Shown one piece after another: positions 1 through 13,868 of a DNA stretch of 64,000 nucleotides. The position numbers were made by a program, and so were the translations under genes. The notes under the pieces were generated by a model, which was not told where the DNA came from, ran no database searches, and saw only the letters and a list, made by a program, of their open reading frames with translations. This stretch comes from Paraphysomonas bandaiensis. Its lineage: Eukaryota > Protista > Chrysophyceae. The stretch is taken from NCBI GenBank assembly GCA_965644295.1, contig CBFFRP010000058.1:124001-188000 (forward strand), read 5' to 3'. How positions within the stretch are numbered: position 1 is the stretch's first letter; each line of letters opens with the position of its first letter.

Positions 1-3000
1 GTGATTATGAAGTGCAAAATGCTTTTATTCTCTTGGCTGCGTTATGTAAGTGGTCGTGGTTAGATATCAAGCCAGGAGACAGTGGAGAATTTGCACCAAG
101 GCACCTGGGAAATAAACTTCTATCTATAGAGGCTCTGAGCGAGTTTTGTCGTGTTTCTGGTCCAAATTTACGCATGTCTAAGATTATGGGGTATCAAATA
201 CGACGGCTAGTGGTCTCCTCCATGTTCTGGAATATTCAGTACTCACTTTTGGAGCCAAGAATATTCTCGAAACTTCTCAAGCTTGTGAGTGTCTTGTGGG
301 AGAACTGGAGAGAGCATATCAGACTTGAATTTCCTGTATTATGTGAGCAACTTGTTATAAAGATTTTACAAGCACCGACTGTTAAAATGCCACCAGTGTA
401 TCATATCATTGCAATGAAAGAGGTTATGAAGTGGTTCGAGCAGCCTCACATGCTCGTGGAGATGTTCGTTAATTTTGATATGGACGGAGTGGTAGTGTCC
501 GATTGGAATATATTTGCTCATCTTATTCGGGCTGTGTGCACTTTCGCAGAAAAGTCGTCACGTCCTATAATTCCTGGAAGTGGGGCAGGCCCTTTTCCAC
601 CTGAAGCTTCTTCAGTTGGATCTGTATCCACGATGTTCGGCTCTAATTGCGTGCAAGTGAGCCCACGAGATGTGAAGATCAGAGCCTTGGAAGTTGCGGC
701 TCACATCACTCGGGCTATCATGGATGCTACTGGTCATGCGAATCTAATACACATGGACATTATTGCAAACGACGACTGTGCCGAAGACTTGTCCAAGGGT
801 CAGGAAGAGGATGATGATGGCGATGATGACAGCAGTGTTTCTTCTGCGAAGAAGGCTGCACGAAGGAAGTCCTATAGTATTAAGAACCGCCGTGCCGTCA
901 ATATGCAGGGGGCGGAATTGCTGCAACAAGCAATTAAAATATACCAAGAAAAAGATTCTATCGCCAAGGCAGTCAAATTCCTCATATCGAAAAATTTTAT
1001 GTCTGACACTCCGCACGAAATTGCGAGTTTTGTGCGAATATACAAAGATAATTTTGATCCTACGGCTATTGGCGACTTCCTTGGTGAGGGTGGACGTAAC
1101 GAAAAAGAAGAAGAATATTGGAATTTAATTCGATTCAGATATACCCGCGCGGTTAGTTTTGTGGATATGGAGGTGGAAGCTGCGTTAAGGCTGTACTTGA
1201 CTGGATGTGGGTTCCGTTTGCCTGGAGAAGCTCAGAAGATAGATCGATTTATCACTGCGTTTGTGAAGGTGTTTTGGCAAGACAATAGAAACACTGACTA
1301 CTGCCCTTTTGCTCACGAAGATACTGTGCATTTGCTCTCTTATGCAGCTATAATGCTAAATACCGATTTGCACAGAGCCAACCTGGATAAAAAGAAGAGT
1401 ACGAAAAAGATGACTAAAACGGATTTTATTAAGAACCTACGTGGCTGTGATCAAGGAAACGATATTAACCCGGAGTATTTGGGAAGGGTCTATGACGAAA
1501 TTGCACGCAATCGAATTGAGATGGCTGTTGACAAGCCTGGTGATGATATGACCCAATCCACTAAGGATGCAGCAGATGGAGATAGTACTGCGACAGACCC
1601 CGAGAGTAATAGAGTTTATGTGACAGAGCTATTGCGCAATTTAAGAAATTATGAAGATCTCTTGCGTTCTCTATCACCGTATACTCATAAGTTCTACATC
1701 ATGGGAGTAGATATTAGCATTAGCATGGAGTTAGTATCTTTCATGTTTGAAAGTGTATGGCATCACTTCCATGCTATTGTTGATGGTCTGCTTACTAGAA
1801 TCAGCAACGAAGAGAACGTGATATTTTCTGCATTAGATGTTCTTTGTAATGCACTCACGTCATGTATATTTCTTGACCTCAAGGTAGAAAAGTTGGCATT
1901 TGCAACCCAACTAGCGCGGTTTAGGCATATATGCGAAATAGCCGAGGCTTCTGACGGATCATCCCCCAATAAAAATCCCCAGAGTGGTGCTAGTTTCGCA
2001 AGCGGGGCGTTTCGAAAGGAGAAGTGGTTCATGAGCGTGGAGCAGTCGACAGCGGAGACAGCAATCTCTGCTATTTCTGAGGTTCATGGTATCGTTGTGC
2101 TTCTCAAGGATGTAGTACGCCTATGCGCTCGGCGTGAAGCGACCAAGCTGGTCGTTGCTCGAATAGAAAAGAAGGCTAACTTGAAGGGCTCGAATCGATT
2201 TTTTATCATGGAAGGGGATTTGCGCAAGAAGAACAGAAATGGAAAATATTCTCAGTACCGTGTCTTCTTATTTTCAGATGTGCTGATCTACGCTCATCAG
2301 GGCTTCTCTGAGTATAAGGTACATGGTCGATTAGATCTGGAGGATACTACTGTAGATGCTTTCGTTCAGGATGACGCATCCGATTCTTGTTTCTTTATAA
2401 GAAACCCGAAAAAGAGCTTTGTGGTAATGGCTGAATCCCATAATGAAAAGCAGATGTGGCTCCGGGCTATCAATGACGCCATATCCGCCCTTACTCATCG
2501 CAGACGGGGTAGACGGCTGTCATTGTTGGACCGCATGGAGTCGCAGGAGAAGGAGGTGTCGAGTCGTCAGATGATGCACGAGAGTATGAGTTCTAAATCA
2601 TCCAGAAATCTTATTGGTCGGACTGCATCAAGCATATCAACTAGGTCCGTGACAGAATGGAAAGGTGAAGCAGATGGTTGTAATTCGAATCAACTTGCAA
2701 ATGAGTCTGTCCAACAAATAGAAACGGAAAATTCAGATCAAATTGTTCAGATGAATCCTTTTTCTGCTGTAGAAAAAAGTGGTACGTGAACTACACTTCT
2801 CGCTGTCTGTTCTGATCGTGATAATATTATTACATGAATAGATAAGTCTGACGTGTAAATTATGTACGTAGGTGACGAGCCAGAGCTGCCCGTTGGTGAT
2901 ACTCTTTCATCTGTTTCTCCCAATCCCACTCTTTCATCTAACCCAACCGATCCTACATCTGGCCCTGATGTGGAGGCATCTGGAGAAAGAGAACTTGTTC

Positions 3001-3873
3001 CACGACCTGATTGTGTAGAAACCTCGATGGCCGTAGGAAATGTAGAAAGCTGTGAGCAAATATCTCATGTCGAGAATAAATCTTCATCACGACGAGACTC
3101 CGGTTCAACTCCAGATAGGAACGACCCGTTCGTGTCATACTCGGATATTCGAACCCCAGTCTATGATAGAAAAGGGGTGAACGGGAACTGTCGCTCGGCC
3201 GGGTCATCTCCCTCCCCGGAACATGACAGATTGTCCGTGCCACGGCAGGATTCATTAAACGGTTACCACGAGGATGACCCAGATATACCCAGTAGGACAA
3301 CGCGTTCTCTTTCGGCACTCTCATCAAATACATCTGAGAGTGGAAGTCCTGTTCAACCTACACAGGAACAAGATAGTGATACGTCTGAAGAAGATTTGCT
3401 CCACAACTGTTCGGTGTATGTTTCTACTATTGACACCAATAAGCTATCGAAGGTGTATATGAGGGTGAGTTGTTTTCTGAGTATATATTATCTACGATTG
3501 CACAAAACTATAATCAATCATCTTCAGCATGTCTAAATTATAACCCATAGGGGCTCAAGCAATGGAAAGAGCTACTCGACTCCAAAGCTCTCATGACAGA
3601 TACAATCAAATTCCAGGTATGAATGATTTCTCTATATATTTTTTCTTATTTGGGCTTACTTCTATGGAATAGCTCTACGGCCTCTATAATCTGGCCAAAG
3701 ATACTCCACCTGAGACATCTACAGATGACAAGGGAGATAATTCTAGTCACGAATCGTACGGACACCTTAAAGCCTGGAAGGAGTCAGGAAATATATCTAC
3801 TGTAGAAGCCCAACGATGCTTCATTGTTACGCTATTCTCGATTGCCCCAGATTGGGATTATACTGTCAATTAG
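1..3873 (+). CDS. Sec7-domain ARF guanine-nucleotide exchange factor with PH domain and C-terminal ACBP-like domain (5' end probably outside window; spliced)
   Basis: ORF 12..2789 contains the Sec7 Glu-finger FRLPGEAQKIDR and IMLNTDLH, the large-ArfGEF HUS-like EMFVNFD, and a PH domain (EGDLRKK..RVFLFSDVLIYA..EKQMWLRAINDAI). Downstream GT-AG exons end in LYGLYNLAK..LKAWKESGNISTVEAQRCFIVTLFSIAPDWDYTVN*, stop 3871-3873. Confidence 0.85.
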
Positions 3874-4359
3874 GCTTTGGTATACCTATTAATAACATGT
3901 CATTTTCGTTGATGTTGAACTTCATAGTCTTATAATTTTGATAATTTATAATTTATGTAACAGTCATGTAATATGATGATTTTTTCGCTTCACACAACGT
4001 GCAGGGGGGGTGTAGAACTACATTGCAACGGCTCACATATTGCATTAAAAACATAGGTCGTTGCGATAAATAATATTGCTATATGCTATATATATTGCAA
4101 TACAAGGTATTATAAACACAATCGCATCAAGCGTGAAATATCAGAGTGATACGATCTGTCGCAGTGTATCCCCAATAATCAAAGAAGGGTAATTCTAAAT
4201 TTAAATCTAATACGTTTTATTTTTTTATTATAACTTAAACCCTATTTACAGAAGGTGTTGTTATGAAGCGATAGTGCCATATATATTACTTGTCAGACCT
4301 GCTTACCGAAGGCAATATATAAGTATTGTTCTGTAGTATGCACGTATGCACCACTGCAC

Positions 4360-4450
4360 CACGGCTGCGTAACAAGTAATTGAATTGCAATTGCATAACA
4401 ATTTATTATTGGAATTAAATTACTATCCAATTAATTGTTACGCAGCCCTG
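4360..4450. mobile_element. 91-bp MITE of the hAT family at 43522..45343
   Basis: Termini cacggctgcgtaacaagtaattg / caattaattgttacgcagccctg match the TIRs of the 1.8-kb element. The 8-mer gtatgcac lies at 4451-4458 and at 4336-4351 (twice). Confidence 0.8.
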
Positions 4451-5030
4451 GTATGCACTACAAGACTACAAGTAGTAGCGTTTACTTTTGAGTATTAACG
4501 TTGCAATTCTTAACAATAACACTGATATTAAAGGATTGCGACCTGTAACGATAACTGAAAGTTTGACTTGTGAATATAGGTATGGTTCTATATTACATAT
4601 TATATATAGATAGTTTAGTGATAAACTAGAACAAAACTGCTACCCTAACTAAGGGATTGAGATTTAAGTAACATGAGTTTACTAAGTTATGTCAACAATG
4701 AAGTTTGCATCAGGTTTATTTGTGGGTTCATTTACACTGAACAAGTTCGGGTGTCAGTTTCATTCCTAAGTCGTAAGATATACCAACCAATAATAAAAGC
4801 ACGTAAACCACATGATTAAATTTAATTATTGCAAATAAAGCATATGCTTCAAATAGCTACCTTGTCAAACAGTCATTTCTGCATACGCTTACCGAAGAAT
4901 GGGTGAATCGCACTTCCAGTGGCAAATAGTAACATGCCACTGAAGTAACTCTTGCACATGTCAGTTCTTTTAGATTCGGAATAATACACACCAGAAAGCT
5001 GTAAACTCCTCCAGCAACACAATCCTATCC

Positions 5031-6454
5031 TCATGACCCAAACCTTCTGGAACGCTTACTGTAGTCCACCAAAATATTTCTCAAATCAGAACGCGTAACC
5101 TCAGGCCAATATTTTTCTATGAATACCAGTTCGGTGTATGCAATCTACATAAGATAAAAAGAGTTACTTTTCACATAATATACGAAATAGTCCGCGCATA
5201 CTGTCTACGATGAAGGCACAATATCTTAAAAAGTATTGTTCGAGAAATAGGTCTTCACATTCGAGCAACACAAAACACAGATACTAGCCCTTTCAATACC
5301 TGCCAGAGAAGAAAATTCGACAATCTATACTCCCCTGATGTCCTTATTAGAAGCTCGGGGTCTGTGCACACAAAGGTCAGTATAAACGGAAGTCGACTAT
5401 GAATGGTAATTTACACACCAGGAAGCGAGCGGGTGGTAAGAAATCTTTGTATTGTATCCTCACTGATATCCTGAACGCTGATGTTTCCTGCAACAGCAGC
5501 AGCAGCAATATCTCTGCATGCGATCGCGATCTCCGCCCGCCCTCCATAGCTCAAGCACACGTTCAACACAAATCCCGTGCAGTCTCGAGTGGCTGACTCT
5601 AATTCTCGAACTTTAGCACGGATATTACCAGGAAGTCTATCCAAATCTATTTCAATAATTAGACATTTCTATATATATCACTCTAAAAATCATACATACC
5701 AGTCGCTAATATGTTCACTCTAACATTTTTCGATATAGCCTCTTTTTGCAGTGACTCGGCATATTTAGATATGATCATCATTAAGGTTGTCACCTCATGT
5801 TGTTCGCGATTCCAATTCTCAGTTGAGAATGCATACACTGTTAATATCTCTATACCATCATCCATACACCATTGTACGAAATCTACCAATGTCTGACCAC
5901 CAGTCCAATGTCCCTAATAAACTATTGGTTACTGTATGTATGTATGTATGTATGTATGTATGTATGTATGTATGTATGTATGTATGTATGTATGTATGTA
6001 TGTATGTATGTATGTATGTATGTATGTATGTATGTATGTATGTGTTTAGTGTTAGTACCTGAAGAGGATCGGAGTGCTTTTCTCTGCCGTATCGTCTGTT
6101 TCCATCCATGATAACAGCAATATGACGAGGAACCTGAATTCATTACACAGTTATTACTCAATTCATATGTATGCATATATATATATGAGCATGTATGCAT
6201 GTATGTATGTGTACGTATGTATGTATATGTATGTGTATGCATGCATGTGTATGTATATGCATGTATGTATGTGTATGCATATAGTAAACATCATATACCT
6301 GATTTGGTAGCTCTTTAAGATCCATATTATGAACTTCGTTTAATTGCCTTCGATGCAAAAATATTCCTAGAATACCAACAATACTAACTACTAATACAAT
6401 AAATACAGTAGTAGTATATGATGATATAGATACTAATAGATTGATAGGATTCAT
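5031..6454 (-). CDS. cis-prenyltransferase (undecaprenyl/dehydrodolichyl diphosphate synthase family) with N-terminal TM anchor; spliced
   Basis: Motifs across exons: [67 protein letters not shown] and C-terminal RRFGS* (stop 5031-5033). Confidence 0.92.
5933..6042. repeat. (TATG)n microsatellite inside an intron
   Basis: Perfect tetranucleotide run, directly visible. Confidence 0.95.
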
Positions 6455-7079
6455 AGTTAAGTCCTATTGACTATAATTGAGATAGAGAGATAGAGAGATG
6501 GAGAGACGACTACAACTACTTTGATTTTTATTATGAATTAATAATATTCAATTAATTGATAAGAAGAATATGTGAAGAATGTTTCTAATTGATTATTAGA
6601 ATAGTTAATCTCTCAACCAGAGATAGTAATGTATGTAGAGTTAGTTATATAGACTCCTCTATATGTATGTATAGACCCCCCCCATATACATATACATACA
6701 GTGTGTGTATATAGGGAGATGTGTGTGGACATATCCTCGTATAGTGCGACACGTGGATGGACACCATACATAAAATACTACAACTCTTGGTACTGTCTGT
6801 ATATACATCTAGAATAGACTATGGAATGTGCGGTAGTAGAGTGTGTACCGTGTACCGTGATACTCTCTTGTTTGTACAGCAGCGCTCTTATATACGATAT
6901 AAGTACGAGTATACAGCAGTATTTATAGGACGTAGATATTTTTCATAAGGAAAACACTATTTTTTCTGTAAAAAAACCATGGAAATCACAAGAAAACCCT
7001 ATTATTTATAGATATAAGGTTTTTTGTCCCACATTATTCACCAGTGTTGTGTCCTATACATATACATGCAGAATCGGTA

Positions 7080-7216
7080 ATCGGCATCCTTTGTATATTT
7101 TTGTTCAAAGATGCCTCTAATATTGAGACAATATTTATCTGTATTCCAGCCGTAGTTGTATTGCAGTAATATAGAAGAATTTTGCATCAATTTATTTACG
7201 AAAACTTAGATGCTGA
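7080..7216 (+). repeat. Promoter-proximal dispersed element, copy 1
   Basis: tcggcatcctttgtatatttttgttcaaagatgcctctaatattgagaca...agatgc is shared with 15385..15524 and 50131..50267. Confidence 0.85.
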
Positions 7217-7305
7217 TTGTCTATACATCAACTCCTATCATCTTAAACAATACACTCTCCATAGAATCCTATCCAATCTATAGATCTTATTATCATATAT
7301 ATCAT

Positions 7306-8627
7306 ATGGATCGTACAGATGAATTTATAAGTCTTTTAAGTATCTATGAATATCAGAACCATTCAGATAGTATCCCCACATCACACACTATCACGAACCT
7401 TCAATTCTATACAATTGCTAATAATGTTACATTAAGTATACAACAAAATGAAAAATTATTAAAAAGAATTGATCGTTTGTATGTAACTGAATATAGAAAT
7501 CTCATGATCTAATATCTTATACGTATATATATATATATATATAAACAGGACATCTAGGAGAGGGTTCTCTAATGATCCATCAGCTGAACTCAGTGAAATA
7601 TCAGGAATGTTTCAAATGAAAATGATGGAAATAAAAAAAAATATGGAAATATTAAAATCAAAATGTAACGTAAAAGCTGTAAGTTTTATCTATATTCTTT
7701 TGTTACATATCTATTTCATAAGTCTTTATGCAGTCGTCTTCTCAGCAAAAACTGCATTGGAATCATATTATGTCTACTCTCCAGAAGAGATCTTCATCCC
7801 AAATTGAGTCATTTCAGGTATTGATTTTACGTATAATATTGCTATTTATTTAAAGAACTATTTATTAATGGAGTGAGTATAGAAGTCTATGAGAGCGCAC
7901 GGAGAGCATGTAGAACATCGTACTAACCGAGTGACAAAGTACGGACAAGGCGGGGACCAAATCCGGCTTGGTTCTCAGGGTTCTTCTTCGACCCCATCGT
8001 ATGCTATGTTTAATGCTCCTAGAGGAGCTCCTGCCCTTCCAGTAACTGGAGAGTTACGGAGACGCCATACTGGCGCCGCCCCAACACAAGGCGGTACAAG
8101 TGATCCCAAAGGCACTGTGCCTACTATGCATAGTTCCACTCGCCCACAAGCATCTGCACCCCCTAGTGGAGCTGGAAATGTCACTAAGCAACCTTTGTAT
8201 GCTTCTAGTAGTCCGTACGGAGAATCAGGTGTAGGAGATGAGCGTGGCATGCAACATCAACAGCAGCTTAAACGAGGGCGACACAGACAGGAGGCTGCGA
8301 TACAAGTGGAGCAATCCATTGCGCAGGTAGTACCGTGATATGTGTAGGCATGCATCTCCCATTGAGGTGCTGTTGTGGTATTAGAAATACTCACATGTCT
8401 CTCAGATGGGAAAGCTCTTTTCTCAAATGAGTGCTCTCGTGATGGAGCAGTCGGAGACAATTACTAGAATAGAAGATGACGTGGAGGAAGGCCTAGCAGA
8501 GACTACGGAAGCCCATGAGAGTATGGTGTATTTCCATGAAATTACAAAGGGGAATAGAGCTCTTATATTTAAGGTGTTTGGCCTTTTAATATTTTTTATA
8601 GTATTGTTTTTATACTTGACTAAGTAG
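7306..8627 (+). CDS. STX5: Syntaxin-5/Sed5-like Qa-SNARE; spliced
   Basis: N-peptide MDRTDEF, SNARE motif VEQSIAQ|MGKLFSQMSALVMEQSETITRIEDDVEE, and C-terminal NRALIFKVFGLLIFFIVLF TM anchor. Confidence 0.85.
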
Positions 8628-9111
8628 TAATGAGCGAAACCTACACTTACACTTTCTTACCACTGCTGCTGGCCAATCTATACGCCTATTTAGAATAGCT
8701 AATGGGGTAACTTTAATTGTACTAGCAGCAGCTGAATTTTTAACACGTTCAGGACTAAGTAGTTCGTATCAACGACTCTCCATTAGTACTTACGATGAGT
8801 ACTCGCGTACTCGCCGTTCTAAAACCCATACACGAAAACTATATGATAAAAAATTTAGCTCAATTCAACATTTAAATTTGTAGAAAAAATTACCGTTTAA
8901 AAATAGAAGCAAGGCGTTAATTGAACATCTAGTAGTATGTCTATTACAGTAGATACACAATACACACACATTGGCAGCTCGAAAGCTCTTTTTAGGTGCC
9001 ATCCTGGTCATCAAAGGGTGCACAATGAAATAAAATACGCAACACTACGAGGCAAGAACATCCATCCACTCCTTCTATGATAAAAATAACTTTGCTGATA
9101 TAACATGAGGA

Positions 9112-10857
9112 TTAAAGATTGTTCGCATTTATTAAAAACCGACGCCATTCTTTGGAACTCTCATCAACTTGCTCATCCCCAAACAGACGATGTTTCGAAG
9201 CGCATATTTTCCTTTTCAGTTGCCAAAACTCATCAGCAGGTAGATTTGCAACGTGAACTGCAGCCTCAACATAACCGTCTATATTCGATGCAACTAATTG
9301 ATTTTCAAGACCCAAAGTACGGACCTTAACAAGAAATTATCTTTGCATCCATTATTATAACTACGTTTACCTGAGCCAGTGCTAATTGGAGTACACTAAT
9401 CATGGAGGGGAGGACGACAACTGGCACGCAGAGACCGAGGGATTCAGAAGACGTTACCCCGGATCCAAAAGGGAAAGTATTTAAAAATACCGAACTGCAG
9501 AAACAAAACGCATTACAGCAGCCACTGCAACAAATTGTCCGTGTTGCAAACGCCTAATACTTACCTGAATGAAATCAGCTTCAAGTACTCCTGATGCGGA
9601 AGTCGTGGAATAGACACGAACCTCTCATATATCTCATCCTCAGACATATTAAACGCCTCTTTCCATCGTGGAACCAAGTCCTACACCATGACACCTCGGA
9701 TAACGATACGGCAAGATATGTAATCAATAAAACACACCATCATTTTCTCGGATACTAAAATCTTTGCTGTCGAGTCTATCCTTAATATACCTCGAAGTGC
9801 CCTGCTCCGCATAGATACCAATATCAGTTTACAACCCGGAAGACATGTAATATGCATTCAACAACATTACACGTACATATCTATCCCACGCATGTAGGAC
9901 AACAGTAAAGAAAGGTAGCTTACCGATCGTAAACCGGGTGCATTTTTTTCACGAGTTGTACACATGTATACAAACGGTACGAGGGCAAGGGGTATTCGTT
10001 ATTTTTATCACCATCACTTGAAATGCACTTCAGCCCCAGTCCAGAAGCTGTAATGTTGGGGTAAAGTCCCCACTGCTTAAACATACCATCGTATGCATTA
10101 CAGTGGGCTCCAATTGGTCCCTGTAGGAAATATATTAGTATACACATGTTAGTTTAATACACACAAATCAAGTACGACACAATATAATGTATTCCATTCA
10201 CTAATTGGATAATTAGCAGCTGCACTAATTGGATAATATATATATATGATGACAAACTACCTCCATATACGCCGCCAAAAAACTTGCAACTTCAGGGTAC
10301 AGAGACACTGGATCGTGTAAATAATATCCTGTACATTCCAAATACAGCAAGATATAAAAGTAAGTGCTTCATCGTATGTACTACGTAGGCAGAGCGAACA
10401 TGTGAAATCACCAATTACGTTTAATAGAGTACCTAACGAGTCGAACATCACTAATTGGTCAGTATATGTATTCGCTCCTGCCCCAACCATTGCACACCCC
10501 GGTTCAGATTTTAGTGCTTCTATGCCTGCACGTAATATATATCACACATTGCAAATATAAGATAATCGCATAGTCACCTCCTTGAGTATCATTGGCTGTG
10601 GCAGCAATTGATGCACAACGCCGTGCTAGAGTTTCACGATGATGCGATACTTGTGTCTCGTATTCCGGTCTGATTACCTCCTCTGGTATGGAGTGTATCA
10701 TACGTGAAGGTATTATGACGAAATCAATGGAAAGAGATGCAGGGGTGATGGGATGCCCAACACCTAAGGCGAGTCAGAAAGTAATAGCTGCACAAATGCA
10801 TGTTCGGCGAGACTATATCCTGAAACACCCAGTACTATATATATATATATACATACA

Positions 10858-10888
<31 letters not shown>

Positions 10889-12599
10889 GAAACTCTACTT
10901 ACCAAATACAATCTGCGTTTTCGCCAAACGGTGTTGCGACATCAGCCACGTTAACTTCGCAGTGGGCAATGCGATGTACATCAGAATGTCGACACCTGCG
11001 CCAACTACACCACCAATAGAGTTCTAGAAAACAAAAATACACAGTTTAGATATATATTAACCTGCACTGAAATCGTGTGCAGGCATGAATAGCAGATAGA
11101 AGTATCTGAACGTGTGTTGATATAACCTTTCCAAGTATTACTGGAAATAGTAGTGTTCAGTATCGCAATATAGTGCGAACAGAAGATACATGGTATATAT
11201 TCCTTATACATTTACCTCAATGTTGTTGTCGTCTAGTTGTATTACGTCTACAGCAATCTGCCTCATGACATCTAGGGCTATGTCAGAAAAAGATAGGAAA
11301 AAAGAAATATCAAGATCACCTCCGAAGTGGGTACGTAAATTGTGTCTGTCAAGACATATTAGCCCGCAATGTCGAATATATTGTCACGTACCGGTCAAAG
11401 AAAACAATCTCTATTTTAGTAGAGCCCAATGAATCCTGTGAAATAAACTCTGACAGTCGACGTAATATGGCCTATTAAGAAAGGACTGTGTTACTCAACA
11501 TCACATTTGCGTGTATGAAGAACTAGACAAGTCCATATACTAATACACTGCGATACGTATACGATTCAAGTGGTGACATTGCATACACTTACATCGAGGC
11601 ACAGTCCAGGGGATGAGTTCGAAGGATGTTCCCCCACAACTCCCAGTCGGAGTGTCTTTGTCATACCCATATCTGAGGTCAACACATTTCGATCGGAAGT
11701 AGGTACATATGAATGATGCAACGTTTGACCAAATATGTGCCACAAGCATTGTGCATACAAATCCATAACCACTCCAGGAGATACACCTAGGATAGCTTAG
11801 TTATCGAGTATATTGCACACGAGAGTAATAGGCGTTGACAATTATAGAGGTATACGATCAGCAATAATATCATATAAGTGTAACGCTCACACACTATTAT
11901 ATGTACCAGAGTATTGTACGTTCAACTGCAGCTCCCTCATACTGTACAAGGGATGAACACCACCTCCCATGTTAAGAGCTGATTTGGATGATAATAAGGC
12001 GTGTGCTTTCTTAAGTATAATAAAATGCCATCTGAAAGCATCCTCTTCTGTTCTATACACTGGAGGACATACAAACACATGATGTAACTCAATTCCTCCA
12101 TCTATCACTATACTTGATACCTGATTAAAAATAGATTATAATAGTAATAGATAGAACAATATATACATACATCATCATATATACTATCTGCTACATGTAC
12201 AAGTCCATGCCATTCATATAAATATGCTAAATTCTTTGCTGCATATATATTTCTTGGCCATGTAGATAAAGCATATTGTAATAATATTTCTTTGATATCA
12301 TTTGATTCAGTAGTATATATACATTGATTTAATTGATGGGATATTATTTCATAATTCATAAAATGTAACATATATTGATGAGTGTTATATATAGATGTAT
12401 ATGTATGTGATATAAATTTGAATATAATATCATATGAAATAGTTGGATTATATAGACAATTATGTATAATTTTATAGGAATATTTATCTATTGATGAAAA
12501 ATAATAAATTCCAAATAGAAATTTCTTAGAATTTTGTTCTTCTAAATATATTGCTGTAGATGTGAATAGGAAGAATAAAATAAGAAAGTATTGAAACAT
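9112..12599 (-). CDS. Glycosyltransferase family 41 (OGT/SPINDLY-like) protein with putative signal peptide; many introns
   Basis: Exon fragments include a TPR-like AAKNLAYLYEWHG, LRLGVVGEH, GHPITPAS, NTFPFGSGVTSSESLGLCVPVVVLP and MGLENQLVASNIDGYVEAAV..LKRKI, typical of GT41 catalytic halves. Confidence 0.75.
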
Positions 12600-13868
12600 T
12601 TAGAATATGAAGTGTGTAAGAAGTATCTACTTCATTGTATTTCAATGATATATATATATATGGAATCATTCATATGGGATAGTGTTGTATAGGATATCAA
12701 TACACTTATCGTTGTGTATGTATGATCTTATACAAACGTCCACTGTGTACAGATGTACTGTAGTACTGTATATTATATGTACTGCTATACTGCAGGTGTA
12801 TACGTACAGGATGTGGAGTTGAATACTCTGGAATACTGCACATGTATATACGTCGTACCGTTACAATGCAGGAGTATGTCCTTAAGATACTCTTGTTGTC
12901 CACATCTTAGCTGTGCAATGATATACACCAACTCGTGATGCATCATTGTATTGCATATGTTACTATTTCCATTTTGAAACAGGTGCCAAGGCTTTAAACT
13001 TTTATTATATTATTCAATATTCATTAGTTTGCCAGATAGTGTGTAGCGGTTATGCACTTACAGTGTACGAGACACATAAGCGTTAGCCATTGTGATTTCC
13101 CTACATTAGTTTGTGCCATTGTGGTGCACTTCTTCAATACATAGTAGTGATCTACCTCAATAATATTAAGATATTTGAATAATCCTTATATTATCACATG
13201 TGAACTAGTTGTTCGATGTATAACTCACATAGTATACCGTACTGACTTAAAGAAAAATTTAAAGATAACAACTATTCAAGTGCCTACTACCAAGTACTTT
13301 TCTTGACAACTCTGCCCACTACAACGCAGTGTATAACTCGAATTCTTTCGAGCATTTAACAAACAATTATCATTGTTTAGTGCAGATTTTCATAAATATT
13401 AAAAATTGTTTGATTCAGTTATGACATAAATCTTCGATAATTATCTGGTAATTGAAGCGGCATGATTGTGTAATTAGCATTGCAATATATACCACTCGTT
13501 ATCTAAACGACAGTATAACGTATAACGGGATATATGATATATCAATAATCAATACATTATACTCTTTCTACAGTACGTAATATTACAATAAAATATAAAT
13601 ATATCATCTATATTTTATGTTGTTGTATGAAGTTACGGTTGCTGTGAAATCAAAGCTAATAACTTGCAAGGATGGGTATGTCCAATATTAAGGCTAACTA
13701 GCTGTCGAAACGAATTTAGTCAACGACGTTTAGATTCATTTAACGACTCCTAAAACGTATCACATTCGAATAAAAGTTACCATTATTACTATTACTCGCC
13801 ATACATTGATAATTTATAACAATAAACTACAGATAAGTGGACATGATTTTACTATCACCGTAAGTATA

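Noticed and set aside
6992-7003. Telo-box-like aaaccctatt in spacers (also ~4238 and ~60258)
   Set aside because: Short AT-rich motif; too few instances to distinguish from chance.
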